Below are positions 1 through 13,210 of a DNA stretch of 64,000 nt, in pieces. Both the position numbers and the translations under genes were made by a program. The notes beneath the pieces are model-generated. The model was given only the letters and a program-made list of their open reading frames with translations, did not search any database and was not told the DNA's origin. Numbering within the stretch: position 1 is the stretch's first letter; every line of letters begins with the position of its first letter. Where the stretch lies: the NCBI RefSeq assembly GCF_001194135.2, contig NC_068990.1, positions 18,662,248 through 18,726,247 on the forward strand, read 5' to 3'. This DNA is from Octopus bimaculoides (taxonomy: Eukaryota).

Positions 1-60
1 GTATATATATATATATATATATATAATAATAATATCCCAAATGCTTGACAGCCTATAGAT

Positions 61-220
61 TTATTACGTCCTCGTGACTTAGCGGATCGGCGAAAGCGAT
101 CTATACGATAAATACCATGCTTTTATAATAAGCACTGGGTTGATTTGTTCCACTAAACGCTGCAAGGCGGTGCCTCATATGTTTGCAGTCCAATGAGTGA
201 TACAAGTATACGATAAAAGA
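61..220 (+). mobile_element. SINE family B, 3' half (degenerate)
   Basis: Matches the 3' part of copies at 34093-34390 and 44792-45030 (ACGTCC..GT(A/G)ACTTAGCGG..CGGC-AAAG..AAGGCGGTGC..AATGA..ACAAGTA). It follows a (TA)n tract, as in other copies. Confidence 0.75.
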
Positions 221-425
221 TTCAATTCGACCAGGGCATTGAGGATGAGATGATATACAGTCAATATCTGGAAAGAAACCTTTGAGCTCACAAAGTACTT
301 TTTTCTGTTGTCTTGTGCACTACTAAATCGGCCGACTTCCTGATTCTTAGAAAACATGACCTTGAGCCTTCGAGTTTTTACAGTTGGCTTCTCAGTTTCC
401 GGACATAACAAAATGCCCCATAATG

Positions 426-604
426 AGAGGGGACAAGTCGATTACATCGACCCCAGTACTGGACTGGTTGTTTAGTTTATCAAACCTGTAAGTGTGAAAA
501 GCAGAGTTGACATCGGTACGATTTGAACTCGGAATGAAAAATGTCAGGAGAAAAGGCTGCTAAGCATGTTGTTCGAAGTGCTAACAATTCTGCCAGTTTG
601 TTGC
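426..604 (-). mobile_element. SINE family A (tRNA head, Deu/Nin-domain-like body), degenerate
   Basis: Shares GTCGATTACATCGACCCCAGT and GTGCTAACAATTCTGCCAG with the copies at 36816-37047 and 30601-30808. Confidence 0.8.
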
Positions 605-1654
605 TTTGTGTTCCTGCTTTATTATATAATATATTATATAAGTTGAAATGACCTAAGAACGACTCGTTTGAAATATACTGCACTGCTTTTCATAAATATA
701 GCCTCCATTATCAAAAATGGGACATAAAAGTTTCCTGACAACTATTGTTTCGTTTTTACATTAGACGCACTGAAACTTTGAAGTGACTGTCAAAAGCTGT
801 CTAAATTCACTAAAGATATACATGAACAATGAAGATTGAGTGAGGAATAAATATCGAAACACATTCTTCCACTACCTTAGGACTTCTGCCAGATAACCGA
901 CATTAAAATACATAAGAATCTCGACGACTTCGTTCGGATTCACACAAAAGGCCATGCAAATATTCCTTCGATCAGAATCTGCGGTATGAAAGACAATGAA
1001 GACATGGAAGCTAATGTGGGAAAGCCCTTATGCACAACGATAATCATAAAGGTCAATGAATTGATTGTGCCGTAAACGAGAGCACAACTACAGTTGCGTG
1101 AATGAATCTCTTTGTAGCAAACCGAGAAGATACTCAACCGGGTTCTCTATAAAATATAAATAATCTACCCCACTTCTGAGTACACAGATACGCTGAAACT
1201 TACATTCATATGTTATATATATATATATATATATNNNNNNNNNNNNNNNNNNNNNNNNNNNNNNNNNNNNNNNNNNNNNNNNNNNNNNNNNNNNNNNNNN
1301 NNNNNNNNNNNNNNNNNNNNNNNNNNNNNNNNNNNNNNNNNNNNNNNNNNNNNNNNNNNNNNNNNNNNNNNNNNNNNNNNNNNNNNNNNNNNNNNNNNNN
1401 NNNNNNNNNNNNNNNNNNNNNNNNNNNNNNNNNNNNNNNNNNNNNNNNNNNNNNNNNNNNNNNNNNNNNNNNNNNNNNNNNNNNNNNNNNNNNNNNNNNN
1501 NNNNNNNNNNNNNNNNNNNNNNNNNNNNNNNNNNNNNNNNNNNNNNNNNNNNNNNNNNNNNNNNNNNNNNNNNNNNNNNNNNNNNNNNNNNNNNNNNNNN
1601 NNNNNNNNNNNNNNNNNNNNNNNNNNNNNNNNNNNNNNNNNNNNNNNNNNNNNN

Positions 1655-1703
<49 letters not shown>

Positions 1704-3033
1704 CACAGGCATGAGAGGAAGGAAAGAGAAGAGAAAGAAAGGAAAAGAAAGAGAGAGAAAAGTGGGGGAGAGGTAACTGTGTATTTGACTGTTGACTGAG
1801 AGAGTAATGATAAAAGAAAATGATAAAATGATGAAAAGAGAGAAAGGAATGTTTTAGTAAAAGCAAAGATAACTATTTTGATTCAAACAGTGAAAGTCAG
1901 GTGAAGTGAGCGTTAAAATGTCTACAGCAATTTCAGGCTGAGGGATAGGGGAGTGTTCTCTTAGTATCACTAGACGGAATAGCTGAAGGGAAATGACGAT
2001 CTAAAGTGTAGTTCTACAAATACGCTCGTTTATTATGTAACTAACTGAACAGATGTGTATGTACATACACGCACATATACGCGCATGAAATACGTAGTTA
2101 GCTGAATAAACAGATATGTGTACACACGCATATATATTAATGTATATATACTATGTACTTATGTGTATACATATGCACATATGTGTGTATAAATTCATCG
2201 ATATATGTATATATATATATATATATGGATATATATACATATATATATNNNNNNNNNNNNNNNNNNNNNNNNNNNNNNNNNNNNNNNNNNNNNNNNNNNN
2301 NNNNNNNNNNNNNNNNNNNNNNNNNNNNNNNNNNNNNNNNNNNNNNNNNNNNNNNNNNNNNNNNNNNNNNNNNNNNNNNNNNNNNNNNNNNNNNNNNNNN
2401 NNNNNNNNNNNNNNNNNNNNNNNNNNNNNNNNNNNNNNNNNNNNNNNNNNNNNNNNNNNNNNNNNNNNNNNNNNNNNNNNNNNNNNNNNNNNNNNNNNNN
2501 NNNNNNNNNNNNNNNNNNNNNNNNNNNNNNNNNNNNNNNNNNNNNNNNNNNNNNNNNNNNNNNNNNNNNNNNNNNNNNNNNNNNNNNNNNNNNNNNNNNN
2601 NNNNNNNNNNNNNNNNNNNNNNNNNNNNNNNNNNNNNNNNNNNNNNNNNNNNNNNNNNNNNNNNNNNNNNNNNNNNNNNNNNNNNNNNNNNNNNNNNNNN
2701 NNNNNNNNNNNNNNNNNNNNNNNNNNNNNNNNNNNNNNNNNNNNNNNNNNNNNNNNNNNNNNNNNNNNNNNNNNNNNNNNNNNNNNNNNNNNNNNNNNNN
2801 NNNNNNNNNNNNNNNNNNNNNNNNNNNNNNNNNNNNNNNNNNNNNNNNNNNNNNNNNNNNNNNNNNNNNNNNNNNNNNNNNNNNNNNNNNNNNNNNNNNN
2901 NNNNNNNNNNNNNNNNNNNNNNNNNNNNNNNNNNNNNNNNNNNNNNNNNNNNNNNNNNNNNNNNNNNNNNNNNNNNNNNNNNNNNNNNNNNNNNNNNNNN
3001 NNNNNNNNNNNNNNNNNNNNNNNNNNNNNNNNN

Positions 3034-3093
<60 letters not shown>

Positions 3094-3395
3094 GATGACA
3101 TTGCAGAGGGGAATGCTTATTGCAATGGACTTGATTTCCGTGTTGAAGTACGTATGTTGTCAATCTAAAAGAAATGGCCGACTAAGTCCTAATTAGGCTT
3201 ACTGAAAAGATATACCTCTTTACCATTCGCAATTGTCCCTGTATTCCTCTGACTCCTTCAAAATATCTTTCTCTATCTACTGCTTTCTCCCCTAATAGCT
3301 AGTTCTCTATGTCTATCACAACGAATCGGTAAGCATTTACACACATCTGTGTGTGAACCCATTACACGAGACCAAGTTCATCTACATATGCACAG

Positions 3396-3445
<50 letters not shown>

Positions 3446-4211
3446 GCTCGCACGCACAATCAAACACACATCCAATAACTGATTCACATATCCCTATTTC
3501 CCCAGAGCTGTCTTGTTTATACCAAAATAATCCTGTCACATTGACAGTTACCGGTATGAATTCAGAACAGGGATACATTTGAAATATATCCTATAGACTT
3601 ATACGTATGCATATGTATACACNNNNNNNNNNTATATATATATATATAGTATATATATATATTTATATATGCGAACATACAGACGCATATGCCACATTAT
3701 ATACGCACACATAGACATATACTTATATACGTACACACGCATATATACAAAGACACGTACATATAAGTACGCTTCGTAAAAGTTTCTCTGTCAAGGTAAA
3801 TAAGATCATTAATAATGTAACAGAAATATGTACGATGTATATTAGCCAAATATATATCGACACTGTGATAGCTTGATTGAGATATAGATAATTAATTGTA
3901 TCGATCAATACAACTATGTATCAACCTGTCAGTCTATACTCATGTTTCCGAATACAGATAAATGATCTGCCTCTCTGTCTCTCTCTCTGTCTCTCTCTCT
4001 CTCTGTCTCTCTCTCTCCCTCAGTCTCTCTCTCAGTCTCTCTCTCTCTCCCCATTTCGAGATGTACACATTCATTCATATAAATATTTGCATAATTATGT
4101 GTGTGTATACATATGAATAAATAAATACATAATTTTGTATGTGTGTGTGTATGTGTGTGTGTGTGTGTGTACAAGAAAGAGAGATGACAAAAGGATTATC
4201 TTATGAATGCC

Positions 4212-4350
4212 ATTAGCTTACAGCTGTTTCTTCTATAAAATGCATTGGACTCATAGTTGAGTGCCTGAATTGTATCACATGTTTGAAAGTCTTTATAATT
4301 AAACAAAGTATAAACAACTTTTCAAGTGAGAATTTTGCTACTTTGATAAC
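4212..4350 (-). mobile_element. Probable Penelope-like element terminal fragment with a decayed hammerhead-like motif
   Basis: The minus strand reads CU-AUGA GUC...GAA GAAAC AGCU GUA AGCUAA. It has the same GAAACAGCUGUA palindromic stem III as the motif at 20644-20691. Confidence 0.4.
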
Positions 4351-4361
4351 ANNNNNNNNNN

Positions 4362-4402
<41 letters not shown>

Positions 4403-5004
4403 GTATGTATGTACACAATACAAAAATATATTCACGTGAATAAATATATACGCTTATACACACAAATATGTGTTTGTGTGTAACTATCTTTTTAAAACAT
4501 CTTTTAAAGGACTACTTTCTCATTTCTACATCTTTTTCTTCTTATCTATCTATCTATCTATCTATCTAACAATAACAGAATCTTAACAATGCGGGGCGGT
4601 TTACGAATTTATCTGTGCAACATACCTGACAAATAAACTGTAGCGTAGTTTCAAATTGTAATCGGCGTTCATATGAGAATATGTTCATATATTCATTCTC
4701 TACAAATATTTTTTTTAATGAAACCATTGCATTACCACGTGCTGTATAAATTTAATTTTCAATTTCAGTAGCAAAGAATCTTCACAAAGATACAATTCAA
4801 CTGTGATAATAGAAGTTAAGCGTTACTTGAATTTTGCAGGAATTTTTTTGGGGGGTTTCTTTTCTAATAACTTCAAACTCATAGTTCTTAGGTTTCTCTT
4901 ACTCTCACATATGTTCAGCTGATAAGAAAATGTGATTTAGTTACCGTCGCATTTCTCTCCTCCGTGATTCAACAAAGTCATTTAGCATAATCATTCATGG
5001 CTAT

Positions 5005-5312
5005 GTTGTTGTTTGTTCCTTCTCGTGCCATGCCTGGTTCGTAAGGGCGGGTTTCCCGGTTTCATTGACATATAGGTTCCCCACCTGGACGGGAAGCCAG
5101 TCCATCTCAGCTGAGCTGCTAGATGCAGGAAGAAAGAGCGAGAGAAAGTTGTGGCGAAAGAGTCAGAAGAAATTCGCCATTACCTTCTGCCGGAGCCGCG
5201 TGGAGCATAGGTGTTTCCCTCATAAACACACACATCGCCCGATCTCCGATTCGAACCAGCGATCGCTCGACTGTGAGTCTGTTGCTGTAACCACTAGGCC
5301 ATGTACTTCCAC
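5005..5312 (-). mobile_element. Full-length tRNA-derived SINE, family D (V-domain-like body), with a 12-bp TSD
   Basis: The minus strand has an A box (TGGCCTAGTGG), a B box (GGTTCGAATC), an internal GATGGACTGGCTTCCCGTCCAGG and an (AAC)n-like tail. It is flanked by direct repeats ATTCATGGCTAT at 4993-5004 and 5313-5324. Confidence 0.85.
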
Positions 5313-5324
5313 ATTCATGGCTAT

Positions 5325-5745
5325 AAAGAAAATCACTTTGCAACCACGTGGCGTCCGATTCGGTCCTACCGAACCGCACGTTGACCAAATCGCATATACT
5401 ATAGCCCAGACCGACCAATGTCTTGTGAGTGAATTTTGAGACATAAACTATGTGCGAGTCTGTCTTATATATGTGTATGTGTGTGTGAGTGTATGTGTTT
5501 ATGTGTGTATATGTGTTTATGTGCGTACATGTGAGTCTCATTGCGTTTGCTTCCGCCTTACCGGAGGACAGATGGCGTTTGTTTTTAACGTCTCCCGTAA
5601 CTGAGTGGTTTTGGCAAAAGAGACCGATAGAGTCATTATCAGATTTAAAAACTAACTACTAGAGTAGATATGTTCGACTCAATCTTTCAACGCGGTGTCC
5701 CAACATTGCTGGAAGCCAATGACTGAAACAAGTAAACGCTAAAGG
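5325..5745 (+). mobile_element. SINE family B (CORE-like), old copy with an internal TG/TA microsatellite
   Basis: The head remnant TTTGCAACCACGTGG..TACTATAGCCC..CCGACCAA..CTTGTGAGTGAA is followed by a TG-rich tract and then the 3' half CCCGTAACT..GGCAAAAGAGACCGATAGA..AATGACTGAAACAAGTAAA. Confidence 0.75.
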
Positions 5746-5879
5746 ATTACAGACACATCCTAACCCCTTGCGGTATCACTTCTTGCCGAGTCTCTGTCAA
5801 GTTGACAGCTGAAATGGAAACATCTGACATAATATTTTCTACTTTCAGCAAAGCCTTCATTTATGTCATTACTTCATTG

Positions 5880-6520
5880 ATGTCACTCAGGTAGTTGACT
5901 TACTGAATCTTGATTCATTATAGGCTTTTCGCAGAAATGTTTGATGTCTTGGAAGATTTACAAATATTATCTTATTCTTTTCCGACGATATATGACTACG
6001 TGTAATTATTAGTGAAGAATACGCAGCTCAATCTTTGATTTTCAGTGTAATAAACAAGGTGATAACTACTTCTACACTTGTCGTTTACTTGACAATATTT
6101 TTTGCAATGTGTCAAAGACAGTTCTGACTGTATTCATCTACGATACCTCATAACTGTTAAGCTATTTAATATTTAATGGCTTAAGTCTAAACCACACTCT
6201 TTTGTATCTCTGATAAGAGACTACTTGTTTGCTGATGACTGCAGTATTATCGAACATAGCGAGAAAACTCTTTAAATTTTTATGCATAAAATCTTATCAT
6301 TATATAATATATAGAGCTTCATTATAAATCTTGATAAAACATTTGTTCTTTATCAGCTATGTCTTGGAAAGTAGGTGATAGATCATAAAGCTCCTGTGAT
6401 AACTTCGAAATTATACCTCCCTTTAAGTGACTTAGGAACATGTTGATCAGCGAAGCAAATCTTGAATACGCAACTGCAAATTCAATTCAGAAGTAACAGA
6501 TGTCATTTGTAAAATGAAAA
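5880..6520 (+). pseudogene. Decayed RTE-clade LINE reverse transcriptase fragment
   Basis: Manual translation across stops and frameshifts gives KQG (about 6050), LIRDYLFADDCSIIEHSEKTL (the YADD-type catalytic motif, about 6215-6275), INLDKTFVLYQ and DLGT...ANL. These follow the order of RTE-type RT motifs. Confidence 0.75.
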
Positions 6521-7490
6521 TCTTTAGGGTCAAACCGATAGGTGAAATGATATATAAATGATATATAAAATATTATTATGAGCCCAATCATACATATTAT
6601 GAAAAATTCTCAATGCGTCCAAGTACTTTCAAGAGAATCATATAAACCACATAAAGTTGAAACGAGTTGGAACGACAATAATGATAAACCTCATTTCCTT
6701 CAAAATTTTAACTTGTAATAATAGTTTGTCTTTCTAAGGGAAAGTCATTTTATCAGCACAAAGGTAGGCGAATCCAAAGCTAATTCTATGGCCATTTGAA
6801 ATATCTAACAATCATTTAAGAAAACTCATCTTTTTGTTTGTAGCCTGAAGAGACATATTTATTCGTATTGCCATTTGCTTTGATAATGTATTCCGTTTCA
6901 CTGAGAGTTGACATTTACATAACAGTTCTCGTAAAATTTTACAAACTATTAGCCAAGTTAAATTTTCAATTTTGCTTTCAAGTCCAATAAACTGCAATTG
7001 TCACATTCGTTAATAAACTGGTATCCCTCCCCGCTCCCTCCCTCCCTCTCTCTTTCACCTCCTCATTCTCACACACGCAATACGGAGGCAGTCATAAATG
7101 TGTGTGTGTATGCGTGTGTAAAGAACTATAATGAAACATAAAATTCATTTGAAGATATTAAACCCGAATAAAGATGTTTTCACGGTGTTCAAAAGAAAAT
7201 TGTCATTTAATCCGATTTTCCTCGGATTTACAGATTATATGGAACGCCCTGTTGATTGAACTATTCTTCTCTTTTTCTTTTTCTCTGTGAGTCTGTGTCC
7301 CTTTGCTGTGTGTGTGTACATATATATATATACATATATATATTTGTGTGTTTTTGAATGGAGACTACGTGCCTTCCACGCTGTACTCGCTCTCTCTTCT
7401 GCTGTTAGCGTGTGTGTGTGTATATATATGTATCTCTCTCACTTTCTTTCTTTCTCTCTCTCTCTATCTCTCTCTCTCTCTCTCTCTCTT

Positions 7491-7522
<32 letters not shown>

Positions 7523-8199
7523 CTTATCCATATGTTCCATGTAGGCTCATATTCGAATGTGCTCTTGTTTACGTGTGTGTATATATGATCGCTTGCACGT
7601 AAGGTTATTTGCGATGCTTACCGGTGAATGTTTAAGACAAACACGTGAGTGCTTATTAAATATAGAGCTACCCCTACTTACGCATATTTCCTCCACAGGG
7701 AACTTTACTTCCATACAAAAGCGGATTAATCCAGTGTTTGTTAAACATATTTCTGTAATTCCCCACTGTTACAAGTTCAACATCCGAATTTCACCGCCCA
7801 CATCTAGTTACACAAAAGACTAGTCTTGTATACAAAACAGTTTATTGCATAAGAGACTTATGTTTAAGCATATGCATCCCTAAATATCAGATTTAAAGGA
7901 AAGATGTCTTGCAAACGCAGTGCAAATAATGATGAGGAATTTATCAAGCGAAAATATATTTTACTAGTCCTGTCCTGAATTTCCCTTCCGGGATGAATAT
8001 TCTCCGGGGATCACAGTAATGAGATTAAAAGAAATATTAGCAAACACTCACAAACACGCACACATACGCACACACACATTCCTGTACTCACTGTCTCAGC
8101 TATATATATAAAAACATTCTTATAAATTCATGTGTATACATGCATATATAAGTACGCACGTGCGTGCATACTCACACACATACTTTCCCCACTGCACAC

Positions 8200-8420
8200 A
8201 CACAAACACACACACACACATATACACACATATATACACACACATATACACACACATATACACATATACACACACATATATACACACACATATACACACA
8301 CATATACACATATACGCACACATATATACACACACATATACACACACATATACACATATACACACACATATATACACACACATATACACACACATATACA
8401 CACACAAACACACACACACA
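8200..8420. repeat. Compound (CATATACACACA)n-type microsatellite
   Basis: Seen directly. It explains the overlapping HT/CV-rich ORFs. Confidence 0.95.
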
Positions 8421-8524
8421 TATACGAGCGCGCTCTCAAGAGATAATTAAGATTCATTTGAATTAGGTACTTAGATTGAGTCACCAAGTCAGTCAGTATT
8501 ATCCGCACAGCTCGAAGTAAGTTG

Positions 8525-9655
8525 AATAAAAAGCAAATAAGTGACAAGAATGTCTAGGTATTAGTGCATTACGGCCGTTTCGTGCGGATCCTTTTAATCG
8601 ATCAGTATAAACATTGCATTTATTTGAAATGCACCGCCTTCCTCGCATGCATAAGATCATATAGGTTTTCAACATACAGGATAAACCATTATAATGTTTT
8701 TAGCAAATTCTCTACCAGAACTAGAGAATAAAAGAATTACATGCCTGTTGTTATTATTGTAGCAGAATGAACTTAGGGAGAAAATACCCCAACTATAATA
8801 TGGAGTGGCAGAAGAGAATAACAAGGGGGAGTCAAGCGATGTTAATATAGCTACATTTATCTTTCTCCTTGTCACTACCAAAAGATCTAATGCCGCTAGT
8901 ATTTTAAATACACTGAGAATCAAAACCACTGGGATTTGACATTTAAGGCTAGCTGCTGATGATAAATTAGCGACATTGACATGTCGGAATTACGATGAAA
9001 TGTGCCTCTTCAGTCTCCCGTAACTTCCAGGGTGATCTCATTTCGATTAGCTTTGGAGTATATTATACCCAAAACGTCTATAAAATGGTTTTAATTCTTA
9101 GTGGATGTAGAATACTAGCGGCATTAAATCTTTTGATTGTGATGAGAAAGATAAATGTAGCTATATTAACATCGCTTGAACCCCAGAGTTATTCTCCTCT
9201 GCCACTCCAAATTATAGTTGGGGTATTTTTCTCCCTAAGTTCATTCTGATACAATAATAGCAACAGGCATGTAATACTTTTATTCTCTAGTTCTGGTGAA
9301 AAAATTTGCTAAAGAAAATATAATGGAGTCTCCTGTATTTTATAAAGCTTATATATTTTTATGCCTCCGAGGAAGGCAGTGTAGTTCAAATTGATGTAAT
9401 ACTTGCATTGATCGATTCAATGGAGACGCCTGAAACGGCCGTAATGTGCTAATACTTAGCCATCCTTGTTACATATTTGCTGTTTATCACATGAGAAAAT
9501 CCCTTTATAGACGTATTGGGTATAATATAGTGCAAAGCTAGTCAAAATGAGATCACACTGGAAGTTATGGGAGACTGAAGAGGTACATTTCGTCGAAGTT
9601 GCGACATGTCATTGTAACGAACATGTGTCATTTACGAGCCTAAGCGACACATCGA
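8525..9655. repeat. Interleaved inverted repeats with the arrangement A-S-A'-S'
   Basis: About 8525-8928 is the reverse complement of about 9086-9488. About 8933-9085 is the reverse complement of about 9504-9653. Identity is roughly 80% by eye. Confidence 0.9.
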
Positions 9656-10495
9656 GTCTGATGGATATCCGGTCTGAAGGATATCCGGACAATGTACAAG
9701 CGAGACGTTGATTTGCAATGAGGCCATAGCAGCTGAATTAAAATTTGTATCATGCAATAGAAGCATTTATAGAGTAAAATATTTATTTATATGACATATT
9801 TAATGCGTGTCGTTGAAAAGCCAGAAGCTGCAGTTTAACATCTGGAGGAAAAAAAAGTTCATTTATAGGTGTACTGTTCTGGAAAATACAATAAAATTCC
9901 GAGCGCGATAAATACACACGCGCGGGCGCATGTTTGTTCATATATTATGTATAATATATATATATATATAAATATTATATATATTTTACATATATAATTT
10001 ATATACATATTATGTTTGTGGATATTGTACATAATACATAAATACGTATATACAGACATATATCCATTATCATATGTATGTGTGTGCACGTGTGTGTCTG
10101 TGTGTGTGTGGTTGTAAGTGTGTGTTACTTGAAAGTATGCATTTATGGTTTTGTATGCATTTATAACGGTTCATAACTATAGAGAGGAAGCATTAATTGA
10201 ACATATTACCCCCAATCTAGAAATAAAGACAGGGAGATGGTATTTCACACTAGACTGCACTGAAGGAAATAACTGTGAACCATCTGACTATCCTGCTATA
10301 ATCCAACGTATCAAGAGACACATGTTTACTCACGTTCAGCAGTCATGTACGCATGCGCGCGCTGGCAATGCTGACACGAACACGCACACCCAACCGTAAG
10401 CACATTCATATACGCATACATGCAGGAATGTGTATTTGATTATTTGCGAGAATGTATATATGCGTGTCTATATAACGTATATAGATATAGACAAA

Positions 10496-10563
<68 letters not shown>

Positions 10564-10616
10564 CAAACACACACACATACATACATACGTACCTATATAT
10601 ATATATATATATCTAT

Positions 10617-10690
10617 TGTTTTACTTGTTTCGGGCATTTGGCGGCAGCCATGCAGGAGCACCGCCTTGAAGGTCTTAGTCAAACAGATTA
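10617..10690 (-). mobile_element. SINE family B, 3' terminal fragment
   Basis: TTTTACTTGTTTC..CATTTG..GCAGCCATGC.GGAGCACCGCCTTGAAGG matches the reverse complement of the family B tail. Confidence 0.7.
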
Positions 10691-11398
10691 CAGTTCGTTT
10701 GTTTTTTGATGTAAATAGCACGTCGTATATAAAAATATATACACNNNNNNNNNNNNNNNNNNNNNNNNNNNNNNNNNNNNNNNNNNNNNNNNNNNNNNNN
10801 NNNNNNNNNNNNNNNNNNNNNNNNNNNNNNNNNNNNNNNNNNNNNNNNNNNNNNNNNNNNNNNNNNNNNNNNNNNNNNNNNNNNNNNNNNNNNNNNNNNN
10901 NNNNNNNNNNNNNNNNNNNNNNNNNNNNNNNNNNNNNNNNNNNNNNNNNNNNNNNNNNNNNNNNNNNNNNNNNNNNNNNNNNNNNNNNNNNNNNNNNNNN
11001 NNNNNNNNNNNNNNNNNNNNNNNNNNNNNNNNNNNNNNNNNNNNNNNNNNNNNNNNNNNNNNNNNNNNNNNNNNNNNNNNNNNNNNNNNNNNNNNNNNNN
11101 NNNNNNNNNNNNNNNNNNNNNNNNNNNNNNNNNNNNNNNNNNNNNNNNNNNNNNNNNNNNNNNNNNNNNNNNNNNNNNNNNNNNNNNNNNNNNNNNNNNN
11201 NNNNNNNNNNNNNNNNNNNNNNNNNNNNNNNNNNNNNNNNNNNNNNNNNNNNNNNNNNNNNNNNNNNNNNNNNNNNNNNNNNNNNNNNNNNNNNNNNNNN
11301 NNNNNNNNNNNNNNNNNNNNNNNNNNNNNNNNNNNNNNNNNNNNNNNNNNNNNNNNNNNTGCATGTGATGATAGCATAAGTGTGCGTGTGTGTGATTG

Positions 11399-11454
<56 letters not shown>

Positions 11455-12206
11455 GATATATTAATATCCCTCTACGTCTACCTATTCTCCATATATACAC
11501 ACATAATATTGAGTGCAAATTCTGAAAATTGTTACGTGACGACAGTGCTTTATGGCAGCCATGTGTCATTGTGAACTGAAGACGAATCTGATTGACATTC
11601 CGCCTTTGAGGTGTTAGAGTAAACATTTTTTTCAAACTAAACCAATACCAATATGTAGGAACAGTAAAACGTTTGCTTTTAAATTAATCAATTCTGCAAG
11701 TTCTTCCTTCTGTTTCTATCTCTGTTTCTACAAAAGTGTTGTGAATGTGTGTGTGTCTATTTGTATATAAGCATGTGCATGCATTTTTTTGTGTGCATGT
11801 ATGTATATGCATATTTTAAGTAAATGTGTATATATGTAATTATATATATNNNNNNNNNNNNNNNNNNNNNNNNNNNNNNNNNNNNNNNNNNNNNNNNNNN
11901 NNNNNNNNNNNNNNNNNNNNNNNNNNNNNNNNNNNNNNNNNNNNNNNNNNNNNNNNNNNNNNNNNNNNNNNNNNNNNNNNNNNNNNNNNNNNNNNNNNNN
12001 NNNNNNNNNNNNNNNNNNNNNNNNNNNNNNNNNNNNNNNNNNNNNNNNNNNNNNNNNNNNNNNNNNNNNNNNNNNNNNNNNNNNNNNNNNNNNNNNNNNN
12101 NNNNNNNNNNNNNNNNNNNNNNNNNNNNNNNNNNNNNNNNNATGTATGTATATGCATATTTTAAGTAAATGTGTATATATGTAATTATATATATAAATAT
12201 TATATA

Positions 12207-12425
12207 GCTGTGTGATTAAGGTATTCACATCTATTTGGTTCTCGGTTGGGATCCACTCTACATCATCTTGAGCATCTTCCATTAAATCCTACGCTGACTG
12301 AAAACAAGTGTTAGTTTGTTTACGTCCCTGCAATTTAGTGGTTCGGCCTGGGGAGAGCAGAGAGAATAAATTCCAGACTCAAAATAGTGCCCCAGCACAT
12401 CTGCCATCCACTGACAGTAAAATAA
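12207..12425 (+). mobile_element. Highly decayed SINE family B
   Basis: Remnant head GCTGTGTGATTAAGG, and remnant 3' motifs GTTTACGTCCC.GCAATTTAGTGGTTCGGC and GTGCCCCAGCA. Confidence 0.5.
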
Positions 12426-12442
12426 GTGAAAAAAAAAAAAAG

Positions 12443-12678
12443 CAGTGGTTTTCGACCTAGGTCCACCTGAAGCTTGAGGGTTCAGAAGAGATTTTGTTAA
12501 AACTTATGCGCAATAAATCGGTTATACTTCAACAATATACAAAACATTTTAACATTTTTTTTAATGCAATTCCTAACAATATACAATTAAATATTTTTAA
12601 CATGGAATAACTGACTATGTGGGTCCAGCAGAGTAAAAGAAAAATCAAAGAGGTCCAAAGAATGGTTGAGGACCACAG
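12443..12678. mobile_element. Decayed hAT (Charlie-like) MITE
   Basis: The ends CAGTGGTTTTCGACC and GGTTGAGGACCACAG are imperfect inverted repeats of the CAGTGGTTCTCAA type. Subterminal GGTCC motifs are present. No TSD is preserved. Confidence 0.5.
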
Positions 12679-13161
12679 GTGGAGAGAAACTAAGTGTGTG
12701 AGCGATGGATATTTTGCAAATTCCTGACGATAGACATATTGATGTCCAGGTGTGCTTAAACCCCAGAAGATAGACAAGGCGGAGAGTCACAATAATATCA
12801 GGTGTAGTCATTGTGACAAAGACAGAAAACAGGGAGCATGATACTATTCGTATGTGTGTTTTTATCTTTGGTGTGTGTGTGTGTGTGTGTAAATGTGTTT
12901 TCTAGAGCATATGCGTGCGTGCGTACGAACCTGTGTGCGTTTGTGGACGGAGATTAAGAATCAGGCATATATGTAACCTACTATTTCTTTTTTTGTACTT
13001 TCAAAGTATCAACTTACGAAACTGTATCTCCAGTTTCAAACTCCATTCTGGCGTACATCAACTTTACTGTCTAGAATATTCTGGCAGATACTCATTCACT
13101 CACACGCTCACTCATTTATTCACATTAATCCCTCACTAACTCACATAGCTATTTACACACT

Positions 13162-13210
<49 letters not shown>

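Noticed and set aside
890-1080. About 60-codon open frame on + (ITDIKIHKNLDDFVRIH..)
   Set aside because: It has no recognisable motif or convincing splice pair.
9572-9612. CUGAAGA..CGACAUGUC (and its inverse at about 8975-9015) as a hammerhead
   Set aside because: GAAA is missing in both copies, and stems I and II do not pair.
10145-10399. 84-aa ORF with a protein-like middle (GRWYFTLDCTEGNNCEPSDYP)
   Set aside because: I recognise no family, the acceptor is weak, and it runs into a CA repeat. It is not supportable without a search.
11790-12195. Identical block of about 55 bp on both sides of an N gap
   Set aside because: This is typical of a contig overlap across a false gap, so an assembly artefact rather than a real direct repeat or LTR pair.
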